A stretch of DNA of 64,000 nucleotides from Caenimonas sp. (GTDB lineage Bacteria > Pseudomonadota > Gammaproteobacteria > Burkholderiales > Burkholderiaceae_C). The stretch's first letter is position 1; every line of letters starts with the position of its first letter. Shown here one piece after another: positions 42,521 through 51,289 of this stretch. The stretch is from NCBI GenBank assembly GCA_040376925.1, contig JBEIPU010000003.1, positions 1,798 through 65,797 on the forward strand, written 5' to 3'. The notes under the pieces were generated by a model. It was given only the letters and a program-made list of their open reading frames with translations. It made no database searches and was not told the DNA's origin. A program made the translations under genes and the position numbers.

Positions 42521-43120
42521 ATGAACCTGCTCTCCCTGGCGATCCTGGCCGCCATTGCCCTGTGGTTTGTCCGCTCCAAAGACCAGCGCCAGCGCATTGC
42601 ATTGCTGGCCAGCCACCTGGGCCAGCACCAGATTGAAAAGCACATGGAAACATTGACCCAGGGCTACCTGCGTGCGCTGGGCGAGGCCGATGGGGAACGG
42701 CGCGGGCAGATCTTCAGCATGCTGCAATCCACCGAACAGCTGCTGGCCACGCAGATGCGGGCGCTGGCGGTGGACTTTGCGCGGGTGGACGCGGCCCATG
42801 CGCGCGTGAGCCGCCTGCCGCTGTACTTGCCCTGGGTCACGCAGCTGCTGCCGCGCGCCACATTTGACATGCGCCAGGCGCTGGTGGTGCATGCCGACGG
42901 CATCGGCCGCATGGTGGACGCAGTGGACCTGCCGGCGCGCGAGCGGGCCTTCACGCTGTCGGCGGAGCTTTTCTTGCTGCAGCACACCTGCCACTGGTTC
43001 TGCAAGTCGCGCATGGTCGCGTCGGCGCGCATGCTGGCGCGCCACCAGACAGCGTATGCGCAGCTGGTGCAGTCGGTGTCGGCGCCAACACGCGCCGCGT
43101 ACCAGGCCCTGGTGGGGTAG
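42521..43120 (+). CDS. hypothetical protein with N-terminal TM anchor
   Basis: ATG 42521 (MNLLSLAILAAIALWFV). No recognisable motif, but codon usage looks coding. Confidence 0.5.
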   Translation: MNLLSLAILAAIALWFVRSKDQRQRIALLASHLGQHQIEKHMETLTQGYLRALGEADGERRGQIFSMLQSTEQLLATQMRALAVDFARVDAAHARVSRLPLYLPWVTQLLPRATFDMRQALVVHADGIGRMVDAVDLPARERAFTLSAELFLLQHTCHWFCKSRMVASARMLARHQTAYAQLVQSVSAPTRAAYQALVG

Positions 43121-43121
43121 C

Positions 43122-43955
43122 TCAGTCGACCGCAGGCCGGTCTGATTGCGCCCAGGTGTAGGCCACGCCCACCCCCACGGTGACGCCGGTTGTCTGGCGC
43201 ACCAGCGGGCTGGCCTTGTTGGCCGCGCCGGCCACGCTTTGCAGCCGGGTGAACGCAAACAGCCGCCAGTCGGGCGCCAGCTGGCGCGACGCCGCCAGCG
43301 ACAGGCGCCAGGCCACCAGGCCGCTTTCGGCGGTGTAGGCCGGTCGGCCCGGTGTGGCATAGCGCGGCGCCACGCCATAGAAGGTATCGGCCAGCTTGCG
43401 GTTGGCAAACACGGCGCTCACGCCGGTGCTGTAGCGCCAGCCGTTGGCGCCGGCGCGTTCGAACTGCAGCTCTGGCTCGAACGCCACGCCGCGGCTGGCC
43501 GCACCGTCGCTCAGGTCGAACACGCCGCGCAGCGGAAACTCCGCTTGCCAGCGGCCGCCCAGCGCCGGGCCCAGGTCCCATTTGAGCCGGGGACCAAATT
43601 CCACGAGCGTGCCCAGGTCGGGCATGCCGCGGCGCGCTTCGATGTCGTCGGAGCTGGAGCCGAATGCGCCGGACACGCCGATGTCCACTTCCACCGTGGG
43701 CGTCTTCAGCGCACGCAGCCCCAGGGCATTGCGGTCAGCGCGAAAGTATTGGCCGCGGTAGATGAAATAGGGCAGGGCGATCGCGCCATTGACCTGCTTG
43801 TCCGACCCCGGGTAGGCTTGCTGGCTGTAGGCGGCGCCAAACGCGCCCAGCTCCCACAGGGGCTGGGCCGGCGCCTGCTGGGCGGCGGCGCAAAGGGGTG
43901 CCAGCGCGAGCAGCACGGCGGCATGAGAGGCTGAAAGCTGGGGCGGGTAGGTCAT
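43122..43955 (-). CDS. MipA/OmpV family outer-membrane protein
   Basis: ATG 43955 gives a signal peptide. WELGAFGAAYSQQAYPGSD, beta-strand periodicity and C-terminal aromatic residue. Confidence 0.8.
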   Translation of the reverse strand: MTYPPQLSASHAAVLLALAPLCAAAQQAPAQPLWELGAFGAAYSQQAYPGSDKQVNGAIALPYFIYRGQYFRADRNALGLRALKTPTVEVDIGVSGAFGSSSDDIEARRGMPDLGTLVEFGPRLKWDLGPALGGRWQAEFPLRGVFDLSDGAASRGVAFEPELQFERAGANGWRYSTGVSAVFANRKLADTFYGVAPRYATPGRPAYTAESGLVAWRLSLAASRQLAPDWRLFAFTRLQSVAGAANKASPLVRQTTGVTVGVGVAYTWAQSDRPAVD

Positions 43956-44153
43956 GGGTGTACTGCGCAAAAAGGATGTGGCGAGCATAGCGGCCGGCCA
44001 AAGACCCCTGGCTTGCATCCGGTACGCGCAGTGTGTGATGAAGATCAAGTCACGCAAGTCCGCCTGGGCGCACAGTGGATGCATCGAATGACCTTGATGC
44101 AACCCTGATCTACATGGGCGGTGGCCCGGCAGTGATGTACGCCGCGGAAACCA

Positions 44154-45863
44154 TCACGGCCTGGGAGGCGCTGGCACCGGCTGCATGAAGGCGTCGTGGG
44201 TGCTCAAAAACACCTTGCCCTGCAGCCGCTGGCCCAGCTCGGTGCCGCTCAGGCGGTCCATCACCGGGCCCTTCACCTCGGCCAGCGTGAACTCGATGCC
44301 GCGCGCGGCCAGGTTGCGCTCCAGCTGCGTCAGCACGCCCAGCGCCGTGGCGTCGATCTGGTTGATGGCCGAGCAGATCAGCACCACCCGTCGCACCGTG
44401 GCGTCGCGCGCAAGCAGCGCCTCAATGCGGTCTTCCACCACCGTGGCATTGGCAAAGAACAGGCTTTCGTCCACCCGCACGGCCAGCAGGCCGGGCACCG
44501 TCTCCACCTGGAAGCGCTCCACGTTGCGAAAATGCTGGGTGCCCGGCATGCGCCCCACCACCGCGATGTGGGGGTGGGTGTTGCGCCAGACGATGGTGCC
44601 CAGTGACAGCGCCACGCCCAGCAGGATGCCGGCCTCTACGCCAAGCAGTACCACGCCGCCCGCAGTGGCCAGCAGCGACAGTGCGTCGGCGCGGTCGTAG
44701 TGCCAGGCGTGGCGCAGCGTGTCCAGGTCGATCAGCGAAGTCACGGCGATGATGATGGTGGCCGCAAGCACGGCATGGGGAAGGTAGAAGAACCAGCCGG
44801 TCAGCGCGGCGATCACCACCGCCATCAGTACCGCTGAAATCACGCCGGCCAGTGGTGTCTGCGCGCCGGCTGCAAAGTTGACCACCGAGCGCGCGAAGCC
44901 GCCCGTGACCGGGTAGCCGCCCGAGAACGCGCTGGCGATGTTGGCCGCGCCCAGGCCCAGCAGCTCGCGGTTGGGCTGGATGCGCTGCTGGCGCTTGAGC
45001 GCCAGCGATTGGGCCACCGAGACACTCTCCACGAAACCCACCAGCGAGATCAGCAGCGCGGGCAGCCACAGCGGGCCCAGCGTGCCCAGGCTGGGCATCG
45101 GCAGGCTCAAATGCGGCAGACCCTGCGGCACGGCACCCACCACGCTCACGCCGGCCGACTGGTCCAGCCGCAGCAGGCCCACCACCGCAGTGGATGCGAT
45201 CACGGCCAGCATGGGCGCGAGTTTGGCCAGCAGGTCGGCCGTCCTGGCGCCCATGCCGGTGTGTTGCAGCGCGCTGGCCAGGTAGCGGCGCGCGCCCCAC
45301 AAAAACAGCAGGCTGGCCAGGCCGATGGCCAGCGTGACGGGGCGGGTTTGCGGCAGCGCCGTTGCCAGGCCGTACAGCACTTCGGGCACATCACTGCCCG
45401 CGACCTTCACGCCCAGGATGTGTTTGAGCTGCCCCACCGCGATCAGCACGGCCGAGCCGGTGATGAAGCCGCTGATGACCGGGTGGCTCAGAAAGTACGC
45501 CAGAAAACCCAGACGAAATGCGCCAAAAGCCAGCAGCATCAAGCCCGACAGCAGCGACAACTGCATCGCCAGCGCCACGTAACCGGCCGAGCCCGCTGCC
45601 GCCAGCGGCTGCAACGCGCTGGCCGTCATGAGGGAAGCGACCGCCACCGGTCCCACGGCCAGGGTCATGCTGGAGCCCAGCAGGGCGTAGGCGATGATTG
45701 GCAGGATGCTGGCGTACAGCCCCATTTCGGGCGGCAACCCGGCCAGCAGCGCATAGGCCAGGCTCTGGGGTATCAGCATCACCGTGACGATGACGCCAGC
45801 CGTCAGGTCGCCGGCGAACCAGGCCGGCCGGTAGTGGCGCAACCAGTCAGGCAGCCAGGCCAT
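44154..45863 (-). CDS. SulP-family anion transporter with C-terminal STAS domain
   Basis: ATG 45863 overlaps the upstream stop by 1 nt. DLTAGVIVTVMLIPQSLAYALLAGLPP and a C-terminal STAS region. Confidence 0.9.
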   Translation of the reverse strand: MAWLPDWLRHYRPAWFAGDLTAGVIVTVMLIPQSLAYALLAGLPPEMGLYASILPIIAYALLGSSMTLAVGPVAVASLMTASALQPLAAAGSAGYVALAMQLSLLSGLMLLAFGAFRLGFLAYFLSHPVISGFITGSAVLIAVGQLKHILGVKVAGSDVPEVLYGLATALPQTRPVTLAIGLASLLFLWGARRYLASALQHTGMGARTADLLAKLAPMLAVIASTAVVGLLRLDQSAGVSVVGAVPQGLPHLSLPMPSLGTLGPLWLPALLISLVGFVESVSVAQSLALKRQQRIQPNRELLGLGAANIASAFSGGYPVTGGFARSVVNFAAGAQTPLAGVISAVLMAVVIAALTGWFFYLPHAVLAATIIIAVTSLIDLDTLRHAWHYDRADALSLLATAGGVVLLGVEAGILLGVALSLGTIVWRNTHPHIAVVGRMPGTQHFRNVERFQVETVPGLLAVRVDESLFFANATVVEDRIEALLARDATVRRVVLICSAINQIDATALGVLTQLERNLAARGIEFTLAEVKGPVMDRLSGTELGQRLQGKVFLSTHDAFMQPVPAPPRP

Positions 45864-46288
45864 CACTTGCGCGCCTGGCGACGCTCCAGCAGCTCGAATA
45901 CCGCCATGCCCGTGATCATGGCCACCACGAACACGGCTGCTTTGGGCTGGCCCGCGCCGAGCGACACCAGCGCCGGGCCGGGGCAAAAGCCCGCCAGGCC
46001 CCAGCCTGCGCCAAACACCAGGCCACCGACCACCAGACGCCTGTCGATATCGGTGGACTTCGGCAGGTGCAGGGCGCCGCCGAGGAAGGTGCGCGTGCGC
46101 TTCCTGGCCAGCGCAAAAGCGAATGCACCGACCACGATGGCGCCGCCCATGACCAGCGCGAGCGATGGGTCCCAGGGGCCGAACAGATCGAGGAAGCCGA
46201 TCACCTTGCCCGGATCGGTCATGCCCGACAGGATCAGGCCGATGCCAAACAGCAGGCCCGCAGCGAATTCAGTAATGCGGTGTTGCAC
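45863..46288 (-). CDS. YeeE/YedE-type sulfur-transport half protein (DUF6691-like)
   Basis: 141 aa, four TM, GAGWGLAGFCPGPA motif. Confidence 0.75.
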   Translation of the reverse strand: MQHRITEFAAGLLFGIGLILSGMTDPGKVIGFLDLFGPWDPSLALVMGGAIVVGAFAFALARKRTRTFLGGALHLPKSTDIDRRLVVGGLVFGAGWGLAGFCPGPALVSLGAGQPKAAVFVVAMITGMAVFELLERRQARK

Positions 46289-46315
46289 GAGGTACTCCTT
46301 GTGGGGCGGTGCGGC

Positions 46316-46747
46316 TCACGCGAAGGCGTGGCGCGCGAAGTAGACAGTGACGAAGCCCGCGCCCATGAAGGCCAGCGTGGCCACCAGCGAGCGAGGCGAC
46401 AGGCGCGACAGCCCGCAGACACCGTGCCCGCTGGTACAGCCCGAGCCGTATCGCGTGCCCACGCCGACCAGCAGGCCGGCGACCACCAGCGTGCCCCAGC
46501 CGGCATCAATGCGGGCTGTCACGGGCCCGGCCAGCACGAAGTACAGCAGCGGTGCAGCCAGCAGACCGGCCAGGAAGGCCAGGCGCCAGCCGGTATCGCC
46601 TTTTACCGGCCGCAGCAGGCCGCCGACGATGCCGCTGATGCCCAGGATGCGGCCGTTGACCAGGATGAACAAGGCCGAGGCCAGGCCCAGCAGGATGCCG
46701 CCGGCCAGCGAGGCCCACGGGGTGAAGTGTGTCCAGTCAATGGTCAT
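46316..46747 (-). CDS. YeeE/YedE family half protein
   Basis: 143 aa, GTRYGSGCTSGHGVCGLSR motif. Confidence 0.8.
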   Translation of the reverse strand: MTIDWTHFTPWASLAGGILLGLASALFILVNGRILGISGIVGGLLRPVKGDTGWRLAFLAGLLAAPLLYFVLAGPVTARIDAGWGTLVVAGLLVGVGTRYGSGCTSGHGVCGLSRLSPRSLVATLAFMGAGFVTVYFARHAFA

Positions 46748-46753
46748 GATGAT

Positions 46754-47077
46754 TTACGCCTTGGGGGGTTCGCAAAATTGCGTGTAGAGCACGTTCAGCA
46801 CCGCCAGCGCCTGCGGGCTGTCGATGCGGTAGTAAATGTTTTTGCCGTCGCGCCGGGTGCTGACCAGCCCCTCGTCGCGCAGCACGCCCAGCTGCTGGGA
46901 CAAGGTGGGCTGCAGGATCCCGACGATGGCCTCCAGCTCGCCCACGCGCTTTTCGCCCTGCGCCAGCTGGCACAGCAGCAGCAGCCGGTCGGGGTTGGAC
47001 AGCGCCTTCATGAGCCGGCTGGCGCCATCCGCCGACTGGCGCAAGACATCGATGTCCATCACAGTGCCGGTTTGCAT
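46754..47077 (-). CDS. ArsR/SmtB-family repressor (BigR/SqrR-like)
   Basis: LSNPDRLLLLCQL and wHTH VGELEAIVGILQPTLSQQLGVLRDEGLV. Cys in alpha2 and near the C-terminus (YTQFC). AAGGAG SD. Confidence 0.85.
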   Translation of the reverse strand: MQTGTVMDIDVLRQSADGASRLMKALSNPDRLLLLCQLAQGEKRVGELEAIVGILQPTLSQQLGVLRDEGLVSTRRDGKNIYYRIDSPQALAVLNVLYTQFCEPPKA

Positions 47078-47107
47078 GTCGAGCTCCTTTTCAATTTACT
47101 TGCAGAT

Positions 47108-47136
47108 ATTCTATTGAATAACAATATGTTCGTCAA
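47108..47136 (-). promoter_or_regulatory. sigma-70-type promoter for the arsR-yeeE-sulP operon
   Basis: Minus strand: TTGACG, 17 nt, TAGAAT. It overlaps the plus-strand promoter back-to-back. Confidence 0.5.
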
Positions 47137-47142
47137 TATAAT
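47114..47142 (+). promoter_or_regulatory. sigma-70-type promoter for the persulfide dioxygenase gene
   Basis: TTGAAT (47114-47119), 17 nt, TATAAT (47137-47142), 36 nt before ATG 47179. Palindrome TATTG-AATAA-CAATA (47112-47126) and arms CAGATATT/AATATCTG (47103-47110 / 47140-47147) overlap it. Confidence 0.55.
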
Positions 47143-47178
47143 ATCTGAACTGAAACCGATTAACACCCAGGAGCGCCC

Positions 47179-48039
47179 ATGAAGCCCATCGTCAAAGGCT
47201 TTTTCGATCCGGCCACATGGACCGTGAGTTACGTGGTCTATGAGAAGGACGGCGCGCCATGCGCCATCGTGGACTCGGTGCTCGACTACGACCCGAAGTC
47301 CGGCCGCACCCGCACCACCTCGGCTGACAAGCTGATCGCGTTCGTGCAGGCAAAACAGCTCAAGGTGCAATGGATCCTTGAAACCCATGCCCATGCCGAC
47401 CACCTGTCTGCCGCGCACTACCTGCGCGGGAAGCTGGGCGGCCAGATCGCCATCGGCGCGGCCATCACCCAGGTGCAGGGCGTGTTCAGGCGCATCTTCA
47501 ACCTCGAGCCCGGTTTCCGTCCCGACGGCCACCAGTTCGATCACCTGCTGCAGGATGGCGAAACCTTTGCCATCGGCGCGCTCACGGCCAAGGCGCTGTC
47601 CGTGCCCGGCCACACGCCGGCCTGCATGGCCTTCCAGGTGGGTGACGCGGTGTTCGTGGGCGACACCTTGTTCATGCCCGATGTAGGCACAGCGCGCTGC
47701 GACTTTCCCGGCGGCAGTGCGCCGGCGCTGTACCAGTCGGTGCGCAAGCTGCTGGCCCTGCCCGGTGACACACGCCTGTTCATGTGCCACGACTACCCGC
47801 CTGCTCCACGCGCGCCCGCGTGGGAAACCACCGTGGCCGCGCAGCGTGCCGGCAACATCCATGTGCATGACGGCGTGAGCGAAGGCGACTTTGTGGCCAT
47901 GCGCAGCGCACGCGACGCCACGCTGGACATGCCCGTGCTGATCCTGCCCGCGGTGCAGGTCAACATCCGCGCAGGCGAGCTGCCGCCGCCCGAGGCCAAC
48001 GGCGTGGCCTACCTCAAGATTCCGTTGAACGCGCTGTGA
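47179..48039 (+). CDS. MBL-fold persulfide dioxygenase (Blh/ETHE1-like)
   Basis: ETHAHADHLSAA metal motif and PGHTPACMAF. Divergent from the BigR-like repressor. Confidence 0.8.
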   Translation: MKPIVKGFFDPATWTVSYVVYEKDGAPCAIVDSVLDYDPKSGRTRTTSADKLIAFVQAKQLKVQWILETHAHADHLSAAHYLRGKLGGQIAIGAAITQVQGVFRRIFNLEPGFRPDGHQFDHLLQDGETFAIGALTAKALSVPGHTPACMAFQVGDAVFVGDTLFMPDVGTARCDFPGGSAPALYQSVRKLLALPGDTRLFMCHDYPPAPRAPAWETTVAAQRAGNIHVHDGVSEGDFVAMRSARDATLDMPVLILPAVQVNIRAGELPPPEANGVAYLKIPLNAL

Positions 48040-48946
48040 GCCTTTGGGGTGGCGGCTCGCCCAGCAGGGTGGCGATCTCGGCGTCCTTGTGCTCCCACAG
48101 GCCGGCCAGCCAGCGGTGAAAGGTTCCGCGGAACTCGCTGTCGGTGTCGTAGTCGCCGTCGGTGAACGCCGCCGGAATCGGCAGCTGGCGCGCGCGCAGC
48201 ACGATGCGTGGCGTGCGTCCGCACAGGAACTGCCAGAACGTCGGCACGCCGCCGGGGTAAACAATGGTCACGTCCACCAGCGAATGGAACTGCTCGCCCA
48301 TGGCATTCAGCGCCAGCGCCAGCGCGCCGGCCTTGGGTTTGAGCAGGTGGCGGTAGGGTGACGACTGCGCCTGGTGTTTGGCGACGGTAAACCGTGTGCC
48401 CTCGGCAAAATTCATGACACTGGTGGGCACGAGCGCAAATTTTTCGCAGGCGCGGCGGGTGGTTTCGCGGTCTTGGCGGCGCAGGTCGGGATTCTTGCGC
48501 AGGTCGGCCTTGCCATGGCGCTTCATGAACGGGAAATCCAGTGCCCACCAGGCCAGGCCGATCACCGGCACCCAGATCAGCTCCTGCTTCAAAAAGAACT
48601 TCAGCATGGGAATGCGCCGGTTCATCACATGCTGCAGCACAAAGATGTCCACCCACGACTGGTGGTTGCAATTGACCAGATACCAGCCGCGGTAAGGCAG
48701 GCTGTCCACGCCCTGCACGTCCCAGGCGGTGTTTTGCGTCAGGCCCATCCACGCGCTGTTGCAGCTGATCCAGGCGGTGGCAATGGCATTGAGCACCGGG
48801 TCCACGCGCCGGCGCACCGGCGCCAGCGGCAGCACCAGCTTGAGCAGCGACATGGCAAACAGCAGCGCGCACCAGAACAGGGTGTTGAGCACAAGCAGCA
48901 CAAAGGCAATGACGCCCCGCACAACCGGGGGCAGGAATGACAGCAT
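48014..48946 (-). CDS. acyltransferase (YihG/PlsC-like)
   Basis: ATG 48946 (the track ORF extends artefactually to 49759). NHQSWVD catalytic motif and FAEGTR. Confidence 0.8.
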   Translation of the reverse strand: MLSFLPPVVRGVIAFVLLVLNTLFWCALLFAMSLLKLVLPLAPVRRRVDPVLNAIATAWISCNSAWMGLTQNTAWDVQGVDSLPYRGWYLVNCNHQSWVDIFVLQHVMNRRIPMLKFFLKQELIWVPVIGLAWWALDFPFMKRHGKADLRKNPDLRRQDRETTRRACEKFALVPTSVMNFAEGTRFTVAKHQAQSSPYRHLLKPKAGALALALNAMGEQFHSLVDVTIVYPGGVPTFWQFLCGRTPRIVLRARQLPIPAAFTDGDYDTDSEFRGTFHRWLAGLWEHKDAEIATLLGEPPPQRLTARSTES

Positions 48947-49036
48947 GGGGATATGACCTGAAGAAAGCGGTGGCAAAGCCGTATTGTCAGCGGCGCGACC
49001 CCGCATCCGGCTGAGCCAGATCACAATACCTGCACC

Positions 49037-49741
49037 ATGCAGTTCCAGGTTGTGCGTGCGACACGCTTTGTCAGGGTCGAGGTCAGTGGCCCGGCCGATG
49101 TGGGCGCGTTCGTGCGGGGCATCCATGCGGTGGCGGCCGACACGCTGGCCCAGGGCGACCGGCTGCTGCTGGTCAACCTGCTGCAGGTCGAGGAAAGCCT
49201 GGACTCCACCGGCCATTTCGTGCTGGGCGAGCAGGTGGCCCGGCAGCTGGGGCACCTGAGCCGGCTGGCGTCGGTGGTGCCCCCGGCGCGCATGACGCGC
49301 ACCAGCGAAAAGGTGGCCCGCGCGCACGGCGTGCAGTTGCGCGTGTTCGACGCCGAACCCCCGGCGCTGGCCTGGCTGCTGGACGAGGCGAGCCCGCCCG
49401 AGCCCGCGCCCCAGGCCGACGGCAGCCTCATGGACCCGGTCCGCGCGGCCTGCTGGGATGCCTGGCGCCACCTGTTTCCGCCCAATGCCCAGGCGGTGCA
49501 GCTGTCCAACGGCAACCTGGTGATCGCCTGGGCGCTGGCGCGCGACCCGCAGGCGCTGTTTGAAATGTCCACGCCGGTCACCGTGCGCTTTGAGCCACAG
49601 CTGCTGGCCAGCATGGCGCAGGCCTCGGCCGTGCAGCGCCGGCGCATCGCGGCCAGCCAGGAAATGGGCATTCGCGCCGGCCTGCTGGGCTACGACCCCT
49701 ATGCCAAGGTGCCGCAGGCGCGCGTGATTGTGGTCGGTTGA
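49037..49741 (+). CDS. hypothetical protein with STAS/SpoIIAA-like N-terminal domain
   Basis: 234-aa ORF antisense to the artefactual extension of the acyltransferase ORF. The domain call is from fold-like pattern only. Confidence 0.4.
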   Translation: MQFQVVRATRFVRVEVSGPADVGAFVRGIHAVAADTLAQGDRLLLVNLLQVEESLDSTGHFVLGEQVARQLGHLSRLASVVPPARMTRTSEKVARAHGVQLRVFDAEPPALAWLLDEASPPEPAPQADGSLMDPVRAACWDAWRHLFPPNAQAVQLSNGNLVIAWALARDPQALFEMSTPVTVRFEPQLLASMAQASAVQRRRIAASQEMGIRAGLLGYDPYAKVPQARVIVVG

Positions 49742-49920
49742 GCTTATGATCCCGCGCATGTTCTGCCGCCAATCCCCTCCCGCATCCCGCCAGTGAACGG
49801 TGCGCGCTCAAGCGCACCGGTGTCGACCTGGCTTGCTGCTCCGGCCCTGACGCCGGCGCAGCGCGGATGAACGCACCTGCCCCAACCCTTTCACGGGCAG
49901 GTGCCCTTTGGGGAACCCAC

Positions 49921-50874
49921 ATGAATGTTTCTGTATTGCCTGCCCTGGCATGGGGCGGTGTGCTCGTGGCTGGCGTTTTATGGGGCGCGGGCGCCCTGGT
50001 GGCGCATGACCTGATGGCCCAGGGCATGTCGCCCGCCTCGCTGGCCCTGGCCCGGTTTGCGCTGGGCCTGCCGCTGTTGTGGTGGTGGCATGCGCGCCAG
50101 CGCGGCGCGGGGGGCCGCTGGCGCGCCCTGCCGCTGCGCCACCGCGCGCTGGTGGCCGGCACGGGCGTGGCCATGGCGCTGAACGTGACCTGCTGGTTCG
50201 CGGCCATCGCGCTCATGGGCGCGACCTTGCCCACGGTCATCTCCATCTGCTGCGCGCCGCTGTTCGTTGCCGGGGTGTCGGTGCTGCGCGGCTATGAGCG
50301 CGCGGGCTGGCGCCTGGGCGTGGCATTGGGGCTGGCCCTGGCCGGCGTGGTGCTGATCGTGCGACCGGCCTCGGGCTGGGTGCTGCCCGCGGGCCATGGG
50401 CTGGGCGTGGCGTTGTCGCTGGCCTCGGCCGCGCTGCAGGCCGGCGTGGTGCTGGCCAACGCGCGCATGCCTGCCGGGGTGTCGCCCGTCAGCGCATCGG
50501 CCTGGGGCATGACGGCCGCGGCCGCCGCCATGGCGCTGCTGGTGTTGCCCCAGGGGCTGACCTGGCCCGTGGGCACGATGGGCTGGCTGGGCTGGATGGG
50601 GGTGCTCTACACCGGCGTGGTGACCACGTCGATCGCCTACCTGCTGTTTGCCTGGGGTTCGCGCCGCATCACGCCCACGGCGGCGGGGCTGGGCATCCTG
50701 GTGGAGCCGCTGGCCACGGCGCTGCTCGCGGCCTGGCTGCTGTCGCAGCCGCTGGCGCCGCTGCAGTGGGCAGGGGCGGCGCTGATGGGTGCTGCGCTGG
50801 CGCTCATGGCCAGCGCAGCCGCATACAAAAGCAGGGCCAGCACAATGCCGCGAAACGGGATGCTGAACCAGTAG
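49921..50874 (+). CDS. DMT-superfamily (EamA-like) transporter
   Basis: ATG 49921. Ten-TM-like duplicated EamA pattern. Confidence 0.8.
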   Translation: MNVSVLPALAWGGVLVAGVLWGAGALVAHDLMAQGMSPASLALARFALGLPLLWWWHARQRGAGGRWRALPLRHRALVAGTGVAMALNVTCWFAAIALMGATLPTVISICCAPLFVAGVSVLRGYERAGWRLGVALGLALAGVVLIVRPASGWVLPAGHGLGVALSLASAALQAGVVLANARMPAGVSPVSASAWGMTAAAAAMALLVLPQGLTWPVGTMGWLGWMGVLYTGVVTTSIAYLLFAWGSRRITPTAAGLGILVEPLATALLAAWLLSQPLAPLQWAGAALMGAALALMASAAAYKSRASTMPRNGMLNQ

Positions 50875-51215
50875 CGCCAGCCCAGGTGCACATAGGCGCC
50901 CAGCAGCAGCGCGCCCACCACCAGCAGGAACGGCGAGCCGAACAGCAGGGCCGGCTGCGTGAGCGCCAGCCAGGCCCAGACCAGGCCGAACAGCATGGCG
51001 CCGTAACTGTGGCTGGCGTTGAAGCCCACCCACGCGCGCCACATGGTGGTTTCGCGCGTGATGCGCGGCAGCGCCTGCTGCATGACGGCCATCACCGCCG
51101 GCTCGCGCGGGTGCAGGCGCTGGCCGCGAAAGGTGAACAGCAGGTGCGCCAACCCCAGCAGCAGGATCACGCCGGCGCTGGCGGCCATCAGCAGGGCGGG
51201 CAGGGTGGTGGTCAT
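50637..51215 (-). CDS. hypothetical four-TM membrane protein
   Basis: MTTTLPALLMAASAGVILLLGLAHLLFTF ... WVGFNASHSYG. The low-complexity tail overlaps the 3' end of the EamA gene. Confidence 0.5.
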   Translation of the reverse strand: MTTTLPALLMAASAGVILLLGLAHLLFTFRGQRLHPREPAVMAVMQQALPRITRETTMWRAWVGFNASHSYGAMLFGLVWAWLALTQPALLFGSPFLLVVGALLLGAYVHLGWRYWFSIPFRGIVLALLLYAAALAMSASAAPISAAPAHCSGASGCDSSQAASSAVASGSTRMPSPAAVGVMRREPQANSR

Positions 51216-51218
51216 GGA

Positions 51219-51253
51219 GATCCCTTATCTTTACAAGAGAAAGATAAGGGATC
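51219..51253. promoter_or_regulatory. TetR-type operator candidate
   Basis: Perfect 14-bp arms GATCCCTTATCTTT / AAAGATAAGGGATC with a 7-nt spacer, between the divergent membrane-protein and TetR genes. Confidence 0.6.
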
Positions 51254-51289
51254 ATGCGCTGCCATGTTTCTCGTGTCAAGATGAGCGTC

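Noticed and set aside
48947-49759. Upstream extension of the acyltransferase ORF to 581 aa.
   Set aside because: Acyltransferase homology and its N-terminal TM begin at ATG 48946. The extension is low-complexity and antisense to a plus-strand ORF with more protein-like composition, though that ORF is itself only a moderate-confidence call.
51230-51258. Sigma-70 promoter for the TetR gene using TTTACA at 51230-51235.
   Set aside because: The hexamer 17 nt downstream (CATGCG) is not -10-like. The operator call stands, but the promoter positions remain unknown.
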